Source: Octopus vulgaris
Taxonomy: Eukaryota
NCBI GenBank assembly: GCA_951406725.2
Contig: OX597816.1
Coordinates: 68,882,001 to 68,946,000, forward strand
Length of the DNA stretch: 64,000 bases
Direction of reading: 5' to 3'
Shown here: one piece after another, positions 44,257 through 58,254 of the stretch
Numbering within the stretch: the stretch's first letter is position 1
Layout of the letters: each line of letters begins with the position of its first letter
Translations under genes and position numbers: made by a program
The notes under the pieces: model-generated
What the model was told of the DNA's origin: nothing
The model's input: the letters and a program-made list of their open reading frames with translations, nothing else
Database searches by the model: none

Positions 44257-44997
44257 CATCTCTCTATGAGTTTCTACGTGTGTGTCTATAATACAACTGT
44301 AAATATTTCGTTGCATGCATATTCCTTGCATCGAATGAATATACCCCGACAAGATCGCCCACAATATTTAACTGCCTAAATTATCCGTCGAGGGCATAGT
44401 TATTCCATTGAATCGATCCAGAAACTTCATGGATCGAACATAAAACAATTAAACATACCACTCCACTAGTTTCATTTGTTTACCTCCATCTGCACTTCAT
44501 AAAGAGCGTTATTTTGTGAGATTCTTCAGCCCATGTTTTCAGTTTCATTTCCAATTCACAGTACAGCGCAATGGACAATGGTTTTCGAACACAGCATCGA
44601 AACAGCCATTGCCTTGTATAAAAGTGAATGAATTTTGTATAGAAACTATGAGAAGTATATTATATATATATATATATATATATTCTTGGTAAGAAGTTTG
44701 CTTAACAACAATAGAGTTACCGGATCAGTTATAATGCATGGCAAGTGTCTTCTACTATAGCCAAGTAAAACCTTGTGAGTGGGTTTGGTTCATGGAATCC
44801 GAAAGAAGTCTAACTTCTTAACAACCGGTGCTGGCGAATATGTTAGCATAACTCAGCGGTTATATTATAAATAACCTGTGCGAATGATTCGTTTGACTCC
44901 AATATTAAATATATTTTAAAGTTTAATATCCAGACTATCACTCATTAGTCTCCGGTCATGCTAGGGTCGCAGTCTACAAGATACACATACACACACA

Positions 44998-45074
<77 letters not shown>

Positions 45075-45394
45075 GTATATGTGTGTATATGTAATATATA
45101 AAGCCTCTATATACTCACTCATATATACATCTGTGTATGTGTATATGTGTGGTTTTGATATATATTGATTGCATATTTTGACACACACACACACCAATTT
45201 CGCAGGATGATGTAAGTCGATAGCACTGACTCCAGTGTAAAACTGGTACTTGTTTTACCGTCATCCCATAAGGATGAATATCAAGTCGAACTCTATGGAA
45301 TTTGAACTCAGAACGTAAAGACGGACAAGATATCACGGCATGCTAATTGTTTTGCTAAATTGCCGTGTTGGCTTCAATCAATCAATCAATCAAT

Positions 45395-45453
<59 letters not shown>

Positions 45454-45462
45454 TATGCTGAG

Positions 45463-45790
45463 ATACCCCCTTCGGTCATGACTGGCCATGGAATTGCACC
45501 TAGAAAGTTACCCTCTCAGGCACAATTCCGGGCATGGTTGTTTTATGGAAGACCAGCAGTCGCCCACGCATACCAGCCTCCCCTCTGCACGCCCACCAGT
45601 GTTATCCAAGGAAAAGGCAAAGGCCGATGCAGCTTGGCACCAGTGATGTCACAACTCATATCAACAGCTGAGTGAACTGGAGCACCGGGAAATAAAGTGT
45701 CTTGCTCAAGAACACAACACGCAGTCCGGTTCGTGATTCAAACTCACAATCTCGCGATCGTAAGCTCGAGTCTCTAACCACTGAGCCATA
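45463..45790 (-). mobile_element. tRNA-derived SINE (family of 59650 and 62250)
   Basis: Reverse-complement head tggctcagtggttagaga...gagtttgaatc (A and B boxes). Confidence 0.85.
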
Positions 45791-46139
45791 CACATACATA
45801 CACACACACACACACACACATATACACGTCACACCCACGTACGTATAAACGTGCACACACACACTCACACACCTATATATCCAATAATAAATTAACTAGC
45901 ATTACTCTCTATTATCTACAGCAATATTTATACCAGTTTCACATGTAAGATACAAACCAATTTACTGTGTTCCTGATTATATAAATAAGTCCAACAGATA
46001 TAATTTAATAACACTACTTCACAAAATGTCACAAGGCGATGACTTCATAATATAGCCAATAACAGAAATATTCTTTCATTACTGCCCTATCCAACCATGA
46101 TATGAGATTAATCTTGATACAAATTTTACTATTAAGAGA

Positions 46140-46262
46140 CAAGGAATTATGTACTTTATTTACGTTATTTACATTTGACGGATATTTGTCCTCATTTTGT
46201 TTGTTGTTCACACAACGTTTCGTCTGATATACTCTCCAGCCTTCATTAGGTGTCTTGGGGTA

Positions 46263-46306
<44 letters not shown>

Positions 46307-47220
46307 ATACAGGTCACTCGGAATCTTTAGGCTAGTAGCCCGCGCCCTTAACCACTACACCATATGTCCGTGAGCAATTGTGGAGTAAATTTTAGGGTTT
46401 ATATATCTAATATTCTCATATCCTTCCTTAATACCGGTTCCCACATGCTGTTCATATCTGTTCTTAGTCATATTCTCTTCTATTGGCGGTTGTACTCGAA
46501 GGAGATATTTGCGAAGTGTTGTATTACTTTTGAATACTGTCTTGAGGTCATATGGGCCGCATATCTTTTGTATCTTTTCAGAAAGGCCTTTCACATGGGT
46601 AGACAGACTGTGGACAGTTTATCGGTTTCATCCTCTCTTTTCTTCATAATTGGAATGGAGAATATGCTTTTGGGTAGTTGTTGCTTAAAAGATTGTTACT
46701 GAGCTTGATCATCTCTTCGTGGTGGGTATCACGATCGCTACTTATACTTATTGCTCGATGCTTTATGTACTGAGCAATCCCTCTCTTTTCCCTGTATGGC
46801 CCCTACTATCGGTGATAATGGTGAACCCATAGCTAAACCCTCTTCTTGTCGATATAGATTAGTGTCCATACTGAAGTAGGTAGTTTCTACACAAAAGGTC
46901 AACATTTCCATCAGGTGTCTTATTGGTATACTAGTGCGTTCTTTTAGATTGGTGTCTGTCACTAGTTTTTCTTGAAATACCGGTAGTGCCTCACCAATTG
47001 GGACTTTGTTGAACACACTCACTTTGGTGAACTAGACTCACCATCTGGTTGGATTCAATGGGGGGGGGGGGGTTCTTTGATTAATTCTGTGAAGTGGGTG
47101 GAATTCTTCACATACGATGTTGACTTTCCTGCTAATGGACCGATTATATCCAAAAGGAAGCGGCTCAGTGGATGACATGCTGAACCTATACAGCTCACTA
47201 TAGCTCTTAATGAAATACCA
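46140..47220 (-). mobile_element. Penelope-like element: internally deleted RT plus pLTR with hammerhead; runs into the assembly gap
   Basis: LRAIVS..YVKNSTHF, EMLTFCVETTYFSMDTNLYRQEEGLAMGSPLSP and KGLSEKIQKICGPYDLKTVFKSNTTL are typical PLE RT and thumb motifs. Confidence 0.9.
46210..46253 (-). ncRNA. Minimal type I hammerhead in the PLE pLTR (core G5A, probably inactive copy)
   Basis: Minus strand ACAC-CTAATGA-A-GGCTG..CAGAC-GAAAC-GTT-GTGT. Confidence 0.7.
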
Positions 47221-47320
47221 NNNNNNNNNNNNNNNNNNNNNNNNNNNNNNNNNNNNNNNNNNNNNNNNNNNNNNNNNNNNNNNNNNNNNNNNNNNNNNNN
47301 NNNNNNNNNNNNNNNNNNNN
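47221..47320. other. Assembly gap (100 N)
   Basis: Seen directly. Confidence 1.
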
Positions 47321-47820
47321 ATATATAACTATGTATATATATATATACATATATAAATAAATATGTTTGTGTGTGTGTGTGCATGTATGTATGAATGTAT
47401 GCATATATAAGTGTGGAGGAATAGGAGAAAGAAAACAGATTGTGACATCGAGAATGTATGAAAAAACAAAACAAAAACAGACGAAAATTGTATTTTGGAT
47501 GTTGCAGATGAGCTGATAATGATGTTGGTGAAGAAGAGGCTGACATAATTTCACTCGTTTCTAAATGAGAAATATATGTACATCTGAAAGTTGTATACAT
47601 CAGATGATAGATATTCAGTAGTGCTTCGCCAATATCTGTCAATGATGGTAACTGACTTGTATTCTGATGTATAACTATATTCGAGGTGAGTAATTGAACA
47701 CGACAACACTATATACTAAAAAACTTAGTGCATTCGTAGCCCTTTTATAATAAACATGCTTGCATATCTACATACACACACGCAATGCGGTCAGACATAC
47801 ACACACACACACACACACAC

Positions 47821-47861
<41 letters not shown>

Positions 47862-49914
47862 GAGAGAATGCGAGTTCTCACTCGTCTGTATAAATTCGGA
47901 GGTACTGGTTTTTGGATATAAGCTATTCGATGGCGCTTCGTCGAATACATATTTTAACTATTAGTACTCTCAAATTTATAATTGAAATACTATACTGAAG
48001 ACAGAAATAAGTGAGTAAAAATAAAATTTTATATCTCTTTCATCAAGAAACGCGTATACAGTTGATCAAATCCGGGTGGATTTTTTCTCTTTACCTGCGT
48101 GAGTTGGAAGTATTGCTGTCTGGGAGATATCTTATGGTAGTGGAATAGTATTTAACTGCTATTTCTAAATTTCGGTATGTGGGGAAGCAATTTTGCTGAA
48201 CCCTAATTATAATTATGCTTATAAGTATAGAATTTTTGTATAAGGTTACCGATAACGGTTCTTTAAACATACCGAACTACGTGGTAAGATTATTAATTAT
48301 TAATTAATTAATTAATTAGTTTTACCCTTTATTATTAAATCAAGAGAGAAATAATAACTAAAAGACCTTCGCATTAATATTCTCATGTTCACACTTAAGT
48401 ACGCGTGGTGCGTATTTCCGTATATAAGCGTACATTAGTACAGAAAGCACTATTAGCATAAGAAATGCAGATGTAGAGGGCATTTATTATGCCCATGGCT
48501 GACACTGATAACAACAAAAACACCATCACAAATCGCAAAATTGTTGAAATATGAAAATCTTTTGTTAAGTTTCGAATATAAATTTGCTTTTCTAATTTAC
48601 ATTTAAGCTATGGGGATTTTATTTTTATAAGAAATTAAATTCTTCCTTGCAGGAATATTTCAAATATTTAAAAATAGAGCATTGATAGATAAATAGATAG
48701 ATAGTTAGATAATTACACGCATATACACACATACACACACACTCAAACACACTCACACAAATATATATATCTATCACATTGCATATATGTCATGCAATGA
48801 TTGTTCCTTTATTCTCGCATTAGCATACCTTACGATTTTAAATTTACCTTTCGTCCTCCTTTTTTTTTCATTTTTGAGATATACTGTTAAATGCTATCAT
48901 ACCCGTTTTTCTCATGTGTATGTTCAATAATGTACATTTCGGCATTGAGGAAAATGAAAATCTGAGGAGGTAAATGTCGTGGGTTTTATAGTTAGATCAA
49001 CATTTTGCAGTTAAGTCATATTATCCATGTTTGATACTGCTGATATGCAGTTTGGTAAAATTAATTGCAAGCCCAATTCGTCGGTAAGAAAACCGTTTGC
49101 TCTACAGAGATTGTATTCTGAGCAGAGTAGCTATTAAAGAGTCAGGACTAAAGCAATACCTGTGAATAGGAGCCTGAACCCATGCGAAAGCAATAACAGT
49201 CCTTAAAGACTGCTCCTCATCCAGAAGCTGTGGAGACTTTACAAGGCTCAAGCAGGGCTTCACAATAGATTGCTACGACTGTATTTTGGACGGTGTTGTT
49301 CCTCTGCACGAAGACATCCTGGATTGTATTCTCAGAAGGACCTCGCGATTGGCTTGCATTCAGGTAATAATGGACATACTCAAGCCCATCGGCCACAGAT
49401 ATAGTGACCTCACCGCCTGTTTTTTTTTTTTTGTAATGGTATGTTTCTCGCTGCTGGCTGTTCTTGAATTTCCACTTTAGACACTTCTCAATCATTGGTC
49501 TTCGCACTTACCGTCGTCGTAAATTTTACGTTCAATACATTGGCCTATCAGTATCGGTCCTCTAAAATCTCTCCATATCTTTCCTGTACATGTAAGCTTG
49601 TAGTAATTTAACCAAACCATTAATTGCATCCAATTCACAGGACTGGTAGAGCCTGCAAAGACCATACACACTGCTATGTACTGTCTGCAAAGGCATAGTA
49701 TATTTAGTCACTTTTGTTAAGCGTTTCATTATATCGGATTCACCGATATGCATAAAATACGCATTCTTGGCAACAAGTTCGAACATTATTTTAGTGATAC
49801 AGAAAGTAGTCCCTTTTAGCATCTTCACGCAGTACTAAACCATGAATTAAATCAATAGTTACAGCCAACATCCTCTCTATATATTGGACACCGTTCCGGC
49901 AAAGCAACCGCGTT

Positions 49915-49948
<34 letters not shown>

Positions 49949-51275
49949 CATACATACATACATACATACATACATACATACATACATGCATACATACATA
50001 CATACGCACACACTCAGACACGCAGACAGAGACACACATAAAGACATACACACACACATATATATATATATGAGAAATGTCGCGTTTATATACTTGTATC
50101 TGCTTACGCCTGCTTATGTAAGGAGTCACAGATCACTAAATAGGAACTTTATTCATGTCTGGTATATATGAATGAAGATGTATTGCCTTTAATCTTTTGT
50201 ACATCATTAGGAAGTGATAGGTGTTTAGAAAGCCAGCGTATATTGAATAAAACAATTCTGAAATTGATATAATTTTATATTACAGTTGGCTACAGTATAG
50301 TTTAAAGAGAGGCAATATAACATCATGTTTGTTTAATCATAACATTCAGCATCAAATATATTTTAAGTTATAATCTAATTTTGCACAATCATTTTCAATT
50401 ACATTTAACAAATCTAATATATATTCATAATTCCGTTTCCAATATTTATTAACTTATTATTTCTATTCATATCTAGTTTCAATATATTATAAGAATTATT
50501 GAAATAAGTCCTGAATGTTCATTTAAAAATGCATTTCTTTTATTTTCATATTTTATATTTTAATCGAAACTAGATTTTAGCTATTAAAATGGTAAGAGAC
50601 TTCTGGCATAATATGACATTTCGAATCTATAAAAGGAAAACATCTACATTAAATATTCATCAATAATGGGCGACAGCCAGACGATTACTGTCCCGGTTTT
50701 ATATTTTCATTGAAAACAATATTGAGACTAGTTGTTAAATAATTATGAATGAACGAACGGTATCTTTTATTTTATTTTTTATTTTATTATCAGGAAAGAA
50801 TCTGTAAATTCAAGTCAATTGGCGTCTTTGAAAATTGGCAAAGAATTGTCCGTTTGTTAGAAATTCACAAGACATAAATAGCTAAATGTGATTAACTGAT
50901 ATTCTGTTAACATTAAATAATGAAAAAAATCTTTGACTATGTTATTTCCGTCTGAGGTACTTTTTCTATTTTTTTTCTATATTTCTTCTATTGTTCTTTG
51001 AAATTGAACCAACTTTTATATGTAAGTAACCCTACAGGCTTTAGGCAGTACTAAAACCGCGAGGTTTTCTATTCCTATAAGTTTATAATACAACTGAGCA
51101 AATAGAGTTGTAAATAATTAATGGAAATCTTTGAGTGATTTGAATATCCTCATAGGAAGTTTACATACTACTGGGTTGTTCGGGAAGTTCGTGCCGATTT
51201 ATAGTAGCTTACATTTCGACTTATTTTAGAATATATTTGAGTTCATAAAATAGGATTTGACTTCATCTCCATTTA

Positions 51276-52568
51276 CGAGGGACGTTCAATAAGTAATGCA
51301 CCTGACACTCTTGCAGTTGTTTGATCTGGCTGGAATTTTGCATGTGCAATTATGTATATCTCTATAGATTAAGTGACAAATTACAGCTCTGAACTAATTG
51401 TGGTTTCTGATTTACAGGTGTTTGAACTGAGTCAAGTGTGAAATGGAGCCTGTTGAGTGTCGAGCAATAATCCGGTTTTTGTATTTGAAAGGATGCACAC
51501 CACAGGAGACTGTTGATGAAATGAAAGTAACTTATGGTGATGATGCCCCATCATATGACCTTGTAAAATGCTGGCATCGTGAATTCAAACATGGTCGGAA
51601 CTCTGTGGAAACAGCTTCCAGATCTGGTCGCCCCTCTTCTGCCATTGATGAGTCATCTGTCCATCAAGTTGAGGCTGCCATTTTGGAAGATCGACGCATA
51701 ACAATTCGCCAAATAGCCCATCAGGTTAAGATTAGTACCGGGTCTGTGGAAACTATCATTCATGACCATTTGCATATGCAAAAGGTGTTTGCTAGATGGA
51801 TTCCCAGGTTGTTCACACCTTTCCAGAAGCAAGAACGCGTCGAGTGCTCGAGGATGAATTTGGAGATGTGCCAAGAAGATGAGTCAAAATTTTTCAAAAG
51901 ACTGATTACACAGGATGAAACCTGGGTCCATCACTATGATCCAGAGATCAAAGCCCAGTCAATGCAGTGGAAGCACCGTGACTCACCTCCTCCAAAGAAG
52001 GCAAGGGTGCAGCCCTTCGCTGGCAAGGTCATGCTCACAGTCTTCTGGAACCAGGACGGAGTAGTGATGACAGATTTCCTGGCAAAGGGTACCACAATTA
52101 CAGAAGCCTATTATGCTTCACTTTTGAGGAAATTAAGAGAAGCTATCAAAATCAAGAGGCGGGGCAAGATCAGCAAAGGCATCCTCCTCCTGCAGGACAA
52201 CGCTCCGGTCCACAACTCGCGTGTCACCAGATCAGAAGCACAGGCGTGCGGCTATGAACTCCTCTCCCACCCACCCTACTCCCCTGACCTTGCACCCTCT
52301 GATTTTCACCTCTTCCCAGCCATGAAGTTGTTTTTGAAAGGAAAGCATTTCCCAGATGATGCAGCCTTGATTTCTGAAGTCAAGTCGTGGTTGGAGGACC
52401 AAGCTGGGGTCTTCTACAAAAACGGTCTCCAGAGCTGCATCAAACAATGGGTGAAATGCGTAACTCTGGGTGGTTCCTATGCAGAAAAAGACTAATAACT
52501 ATGCCAAGTTTCGTTGCTCTACTACTATGGGAAGTGAGTCAGGGGCATTACTTATTGAACGCCCCTCG
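51276..52568 (+). mobile_element. Full-length mariner transposon (1293 bp)
   Basis: TIRs cgagggacgttcaataagtaatgcacctgac / gtcaggggcattacttattgaacgcccctcg, TA target duplication, intact ORF. Confidence 0.97.
51443..52495 (+). CDS. Mariner (DD34D) transposase, 350 aa, uninterrupted
   Basis: N-terminal HTH, WIPRL, ITQDETWVHHY, LLQDNAPVH and HPPYSPDLAPSDFHLF motifs; 34 residues between the second and third D. Confidence 0.96.
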   Translation: MEPVECRAIIRFLYLKGCTPQETVDEMKVTYGDDAPSYDLVKCWHREFKHGRNSVETASRSGRPSSAIDESSVHQVEAAILEDRRITIRQIAHQVKISTGSVETIIHDHLHMQKVFARWIPRLFTPFQKQERVECSRMNLEMCQEDESKFFKRLITQDETWVHHYDPEIKAQSMQWKHRDSPPPKKARVQPFAGKVMLTVFWNQDGVVMTDFLAKGTTITEAYYASLLRKLREAIKIKRRGKISKGILLLQDNAPVHNSRVTRSEAQACGYELLSHPPYSPDLAPSDFHLFPAMKLFLKGKHFPDDAALISEVKSWLEDQAGVFYKNGLQSCIKQWVKCVTLGGSYAEKD

Positions 52569-54604
52569 TAGAGCAAAGTTTAAGCTATATTTTCGTGGAA
52601 GATGGTTTATGTTCCTATAACCTGTGTTAATTCTGTAACCCTTTAAAATGGAAGATAAGAAAGTTAATTTTTGGCACTTGATGCTTTGGGAACTAGACAA
52701 AAATTGCTGCAGCTCAGCTGGGATGTGTTCCCCCACCTCCATATTCACTAGATATTGCTCCTTCGGATTTCCACTTATCTAGGTCTCTGCAGAATAGTAT
52801 TAATGGTAAAAATCTCAATTCTTTGGATGACGTAAAAAGATACCTTGATGAATTCTTTGCCATGAAACCACCTCAATTCTGGGAAGAGGGTATTTTCAAG
52901 TTAAAGGAAAGATGGTGACGCATTGTGCAACAAAATTATTCATATTTGGTTGATTAAAAATGTAATGGCAAATATTTATTGACCTTTTTCTTTCCTTTAA
53001 AAATCGGCATGAACTTTCCGGAGAACCCAGTATATAAATACACTAACGAAATGCTTGATTTAAAAGTTTAATATCTTTCAAATTCCACCCTATTATGCTT
53101 AAAACATTGGTAGTCTTAGATATGGGATACTTATAGAAGAAATGCTCTTCCCTGTTCATTTGCTCGATTACAGACTATTACATCCAACCGACGTTCGAGT
53201 GAGTCTATGATTTGGCCACAAGTAATGCGTTTTAGAGACCTGTATACTCATAAGTACACGCAAGTACTATCTCGGGACTTACATTCGTGACCCAGCGGTA
53301 TTATAAGAAATGTGACAGCTGGCAGAGTAGATGTCGAAACCAGTACCCGATTGGCACCCATCATAACTAATTAGGCAGAAGCAATGTGAAATTAAGAAAC
53401 TTGATCAACTATACAACACACATACCTGCTCAGCAATTGAAACTATGAATTCACGATCATGAGTGAACATCTTAACCATTCAGCAACACATGCTCATCGA
53501 TTAAAGATAAGCTGGCACTGAACAACAATGCAATTTTTCAAAAATATTCTTTCTCTTTCTTTACTAAATAATGAAAAGGCTGTTTCATTATCAAAAACAG
53601 AACCCCCCTCCCCCCCCAAAAAAAAAAACGTAAACAAAAATTAACAAACTTTAGGAGCTGGATGTTTTAGAAGCTGAAGCTATCTTCTATCCGGCGTGTA
53701 TGATTATTGTATAAATTATTTTCCTAAAATGAATTAAGAAACAATCACAAGATATTCCCCAATCTTTCGAATAAAATGGAACAGTGAGTTTTCAATTTAA
53801 ATTGTGTTTAATATCATAAAGAGTAATTGCAACTAAATATCGTATAGGGTCATTTCGTAAACCAAAAACTCATTATTACTGGGCTTATGCGCATGTTAAA
53901 TTGATAATAAAAGAGGAGAAAATGAAAAAAATAAAAATAAATCCCAGAACTGACAATCTGAGTAATTTATGCGAGGTGAAAGCATTTCCACTCTCGTTTC
54001 TTTGAATGTAAAATTGTCATCTCTGGATGATTAAAATTAGCATGATTATTTAATCAAATACACCCAAAAGACACCAAAATAACCGGTTAGTTCCGACTGA
54101 AAGGAGCCAACAACAAATTAATGACTGAAGAGAATGAAATATTTCAATGATCACCATGGAGTACAAATTGACATATATCACAGAACTTGTATGTTTTTAT
54201 AGCTCTTCGTCAAGGCTAGCTTGTTTACAAATATCAACGAATGAATATAAGTTTAACAGTTTTCAGGTGAGGAGATGAGAAATAGCCTAAAAGGAATAGT
54301 TTCGACACAATACTGTCAATAAAAAATTGCTATCTACAAAAGGGTCTTTAGAAATGATATCTTAAATAGAAATAGGTTAATAGGTGTAAAGTTGAAAAAT
54401 ATATAAAAAAAGCAAAATAAACAACTCCCACGCCAAAAATGCCAACAATGAAAGAAAACCAACAGATTCAGAAAAGCCTGGTTTAATCATATTTGGTCTC
54501 TATTTAATATTTTGTAATATTTATATGCATAGAATAAACTATTGCATTTATTCCTGTTATGAAGTGATGAAATGGTTATATATATAACCAAGCGATTACA
54601 TACA

Positions 54605-54900
54605 TTATTATTATGGCTGCTCACTCGTTATCGAGTATCGCCATTGCACGAAGCTTAACTGTTAATGGTGCAGTGATCGAATGTGACTTTTTAGCCCAGC
54701 TAAAGATCTACAATGTCTTGTACAGAATTGGCAACTAAAACCTTTACCGGTAATAGCCGGCTGTAGTTGTAACTGGGCTTCATGTACCTTTGCATGTCGT
54801 CTAAGTCCTCCTGCCGAATTACACTCTCTTCCACATGCCCGACAGATATGATTAGTATGATGTGTTACACAACCACCAGTGGCCAGGTTGTCACTCATCT
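54605..54900 (-). mobile_element. RTE-like LINE extreme 3' end: two C2H2 zinc fingers, 3'UTR hairpin, (TAA)n tail
   Basis: ORF 54662-54898 reads CRACGRECNSAGGLRRHAKVH...CQFCTRHCRSLAGLKSHIRSLH, followed by ctcg-ataa-cgag and taataataat. Confidence 0.7.
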
Positions 54901-56267
54901 GTCTCGCTTTATGACTACGAAGATGACTCTTGAGTCCAGCTTTACTGAGGCAGGATCTTGCACAGATACTGCATCATGTCAGCATCATAGGAAGAACCTT
55001 CCTATCTGGAAGTGTAACAGCGATGCCCTTCCTGACATCCCTCCTTACTTTCTCATAGGCAACTCGAGATTTCATACATACATACGTACATACATAAGTA
55101 CATACTTACATATACACACTCATACGTACTTATGTATATACATACATACATACATACACACCCATATATATGTATAAGTATTTAAATGTGTGTGTATTTT
55201 TATTTGTTTTATATTTATATTTATTCATAATTTAACCTTATGTACTATATAATCTCTGCCGAAGTCTAGAGAGACACCCAAGTACCTCAATTTCATCTGC
55301 TTATTACTTCAGTCTACTGGGGTAACAAAGGTAGAATGAGGTATTTTTGCCTCTTGGCTGAAATAGCTGTAAGTTATTTTTGCTAATTTATATTCATGTA
55401 TGCTATATTGTAATAATTGCTCATTTATTCTAACCTTCATACCTACAACGGCCTGTATTTTTTCGGAGAATTAAGCAAATATGTATTATGACCAGGATAT
55501 TGAACGTTTATTTATCTCAATACCAGACAACCAAATGATAATTCCAAAATAATTTTTCTCTCAAATGATACAAGCTATCAACAGAATTCCCTTCTTGTTC
55601 ATGAATTTCCTACACAAATTTTTGATTTAACGAATGTCAAACTCAACATAAAGAGCGGGACATGAAGAGTCCTATAGGATCAACAAAGGTCAGATATGTT
55701 AACACATCCTTCGTATAAACCTACAGCTTTTTACTTCGAAATGATTAAATAAAGCAAGAAAAACAACAACGTTCAACAGAGCTGCTTCATTTTATGTTTA
55801 CATACCAAAAGAAACAAAAAACAAATAAGCATCATCTGCCAGAGTCTATGTGATATTAGTTTCTGGGGAGCCATAACACTTCCATAATTCAAAACCCGAG
55901 AAAACATCCGCTAATATTTAATCTGCTGGGATTCATCTATTTCAGGTATTATTTACTTATATGAGTGTTTGACTTACATTTTAATAACGTATTTGCCTTC
56001 AAAGAAAACCACAACCATTTCCTACTATTATCACTTGAATAACAAAGCCGTTTCAAAACTACCAATGAAACCCCATCAATGACCGAGAAAATAATATCGG
56101 TAAAATGTTACTTCTAAATAAAGCAATATAATTAGCTTCCCTGTTAGGCATACGTACACACACACACTGCTACACGACATCGGAATATATTTCACACACA
56201 CACATTAATGTGTGAGAATGTATGTGTGCATATATATATGTATATATATATATATATATATATAGAC

Positions 56268-56308
<41 letters not shown>

Positions 56309-56322
56309 TATATATATATATA

Positions 56323-56824
56323 CTAGCAGTATCGCCCGGCGTTGCTCGGGTTTGTAAGGGAAATAACTATATAAGCATTTTCAGAGAGTTACTTCCCTTA
56401 TAGATGCCAATTCGGGCTTTCTTAGCCATTTCTGTTTTGGTGTCTTCAAGCTATGAAGTCGTTGTTCTAAAAGAATGCTGGTCTTCTTGACAACGCTTTA
56501 CAACGTTGATTTCCTTACACTCCCTTCCCTACAGCTTCACGATGGAGGGAAGAAGGGGGAGAAGCAAACAGGTGCAGGTGTGACCATGGACGCCAACTCT
56601 GCTGCCATCGACACACGAAAAATTATGCATTAAAATGGAATAAAAAATGATGTTAAATTATTTTTAAAATCGTAGACGTGCGCTAATACTCAGACGGGCT
56701 CGATATGAATCACGACTATAAGATACCCGAATTTGGTTAAACTGCACCGCAAAATGTGGGAGTAGTTAGGAATCTAAATCGAAGGGGACAGACACACACA
56801 CAACTACGGTTTTATATATATAGA
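56323..56824 (-). mobile_element. Non-autonomous Helitron
   Basis: Minus strand starts TC(TATATATATAAAA) and ends in the cccgagcaacgccggg hairpin plus CTAG. Inserted between A and T; no TSD. Confidence 0.8.
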
Positions 56825-56881
56825 TATATATTTATATATATATATATATACGCGAGAATGAAGCAACAAGAATGGATAGGT

Positions 56882-56972
56882 TTTTAGTACAATCGTTTCA
56901 TACAAGGACAGGTTTTATTAAAAGTTGCAAAAATTACAGCATATAAACGTGTCCCGTACTCATCAGCTAAAA
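56882..56972 (-). ncRNA. Type I hammerhead with long stem II (mirror of 58164-58254)
   Basis: Reverse complement of 58164-58254. Confidence 0.8.
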
Positions 56973-58163
56973 TACATGTGAGTTCTCTAGACATCCTAGT
57001 GGTTGAGGCTATACTCATGAAGTAATGTAGATAATTAAGTAACATAAACAGATTTCAAAAGTTCATTAAAGTTCTTTAAAGATGATGTACAGTCTTATCA
57101 CAGAATTTTAAAAAAATCTTAATAGCATCACAGAGAAGGTGACCTAATCCATAGTGCACATATGAATTTCCAGAGATATGATGAGGGATTACATACTCAC
57201 AGAAGACAAATTTATCCATTGTTAATTACAACGAGGTGGGTTTCAGTTCCTGCTTATTAGCATTACAGAGAGGGTGAATTAATCCTTTGTATAGATGCAC
57301 AATTTCCAATGGTGTAGGTGTAAATTTCCAAGGAATTTCATATTCACAGGCGATAAATTTATCAATGGTTGAACACAATGAGGTAGGTATCAATTCTTGC
57401 TATATGATTAGGTATTTGCCACATTAATCACATTACTGCTATTTACAAGAGGCTGTAGCTATTTAACTTTTAAGGGCTGAAGGGCTTACTAGAGCTGTAT
57501 AGAATAGAAAAGGGAAGGGCATAGAAGAAAAGAGAGAAAATAAAAGAGAGAAAATAAAAGAGGAGGGAGCAAAAAGGGGGGAGGGGGACACTTTTATTTT
57601 CTCTCTTTTCTTCTATGCCCTTCCCTTTTCTATTCTATACAGCTCTAGTAAGCCCTTCAGCCCTTAAAAGTTAAATAGCTACAGCCTCTTGTAAATAGCA
57701 GTAATGTGATTAATGTGGCAAATACCTAATCATATAGCAAGAATTGATACCTACCTCATTGTGTTCAACCATTGATAAATTTATCGCCTGTGAATATGAA
57801 ATTCCTTGGAAATTTACACCTACACCATTGGAAATTGTGCATCTATACAAAGGATTAATTCACCCTCTCTGTAATGCTAATAAGCAGGAACTGAAACCCA
57901 CCTCGTTGAATTAACAATGGATAAATTTGTCTTCTGTGAGTATGTAATCCCTCATCATATCTCTGGAAATTCATATGTGCACTATGGATTAGGTCACCTT
58001 CTCTGTGATGCTATTGGGACTTTTTTAAAATTCTGTGATAAGACTGTACATCATCTTTAAAGAACTTTAATGAACTTTTGAAATCTGTTTATGTTACTTA
58101 ATTATCTACATTACTTCATGAGTATAGCCTCAACCACTAGGATGTCTAGAGAACTCACATGTA

Positions 58164-58254
58164 TTTTAGCTGATGAGTACGGGACACGTTTATATGCTGT
58201 AATTTTTGCAACTTTTAATAAAACCTGTCCTTGTATGAAACGATTGTACTAAAA
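58164..58254 (+). ncRNA. Type I hammerhead with long stem II and GUA triplet
   Basis: TTTTAG-CTGATGA-gtacgggaca...tgtccttgtat-GAAA-cgattg-TA-CTAAAA. Perfect 6-bp stem I. Predicted cleavage after 58248. Confidence 0.82.

Larger units (their letters stand above)
51171..53030 (+). mobile_element. Older, internally deleted mariner hosting a younger mariner
   Basis: TIRs ctgggttgttcgggaagttcgtgccgattt / aaatcggcatgaactttccggagaacccag flanked by TA. Transposase C-terminal remnant PYSLDIAPSDFHL...FWEEGIFKLKERW at about 52720-52956. Confidence 0.85.

Noticed and set aside
54120-54150. CTGAAGA-gaat-GAAATATTTC
   Set aside because: No pairable stems I or II; chance match in AT-rich DNA.
54662-54898. 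Possible host C2H2 zinc-finger gene exon
   Set aside because: No TGEKP linkers. It is followed by a LINE-type 3' hairpin and (TAA)n tail that recur elsewhere in the window.
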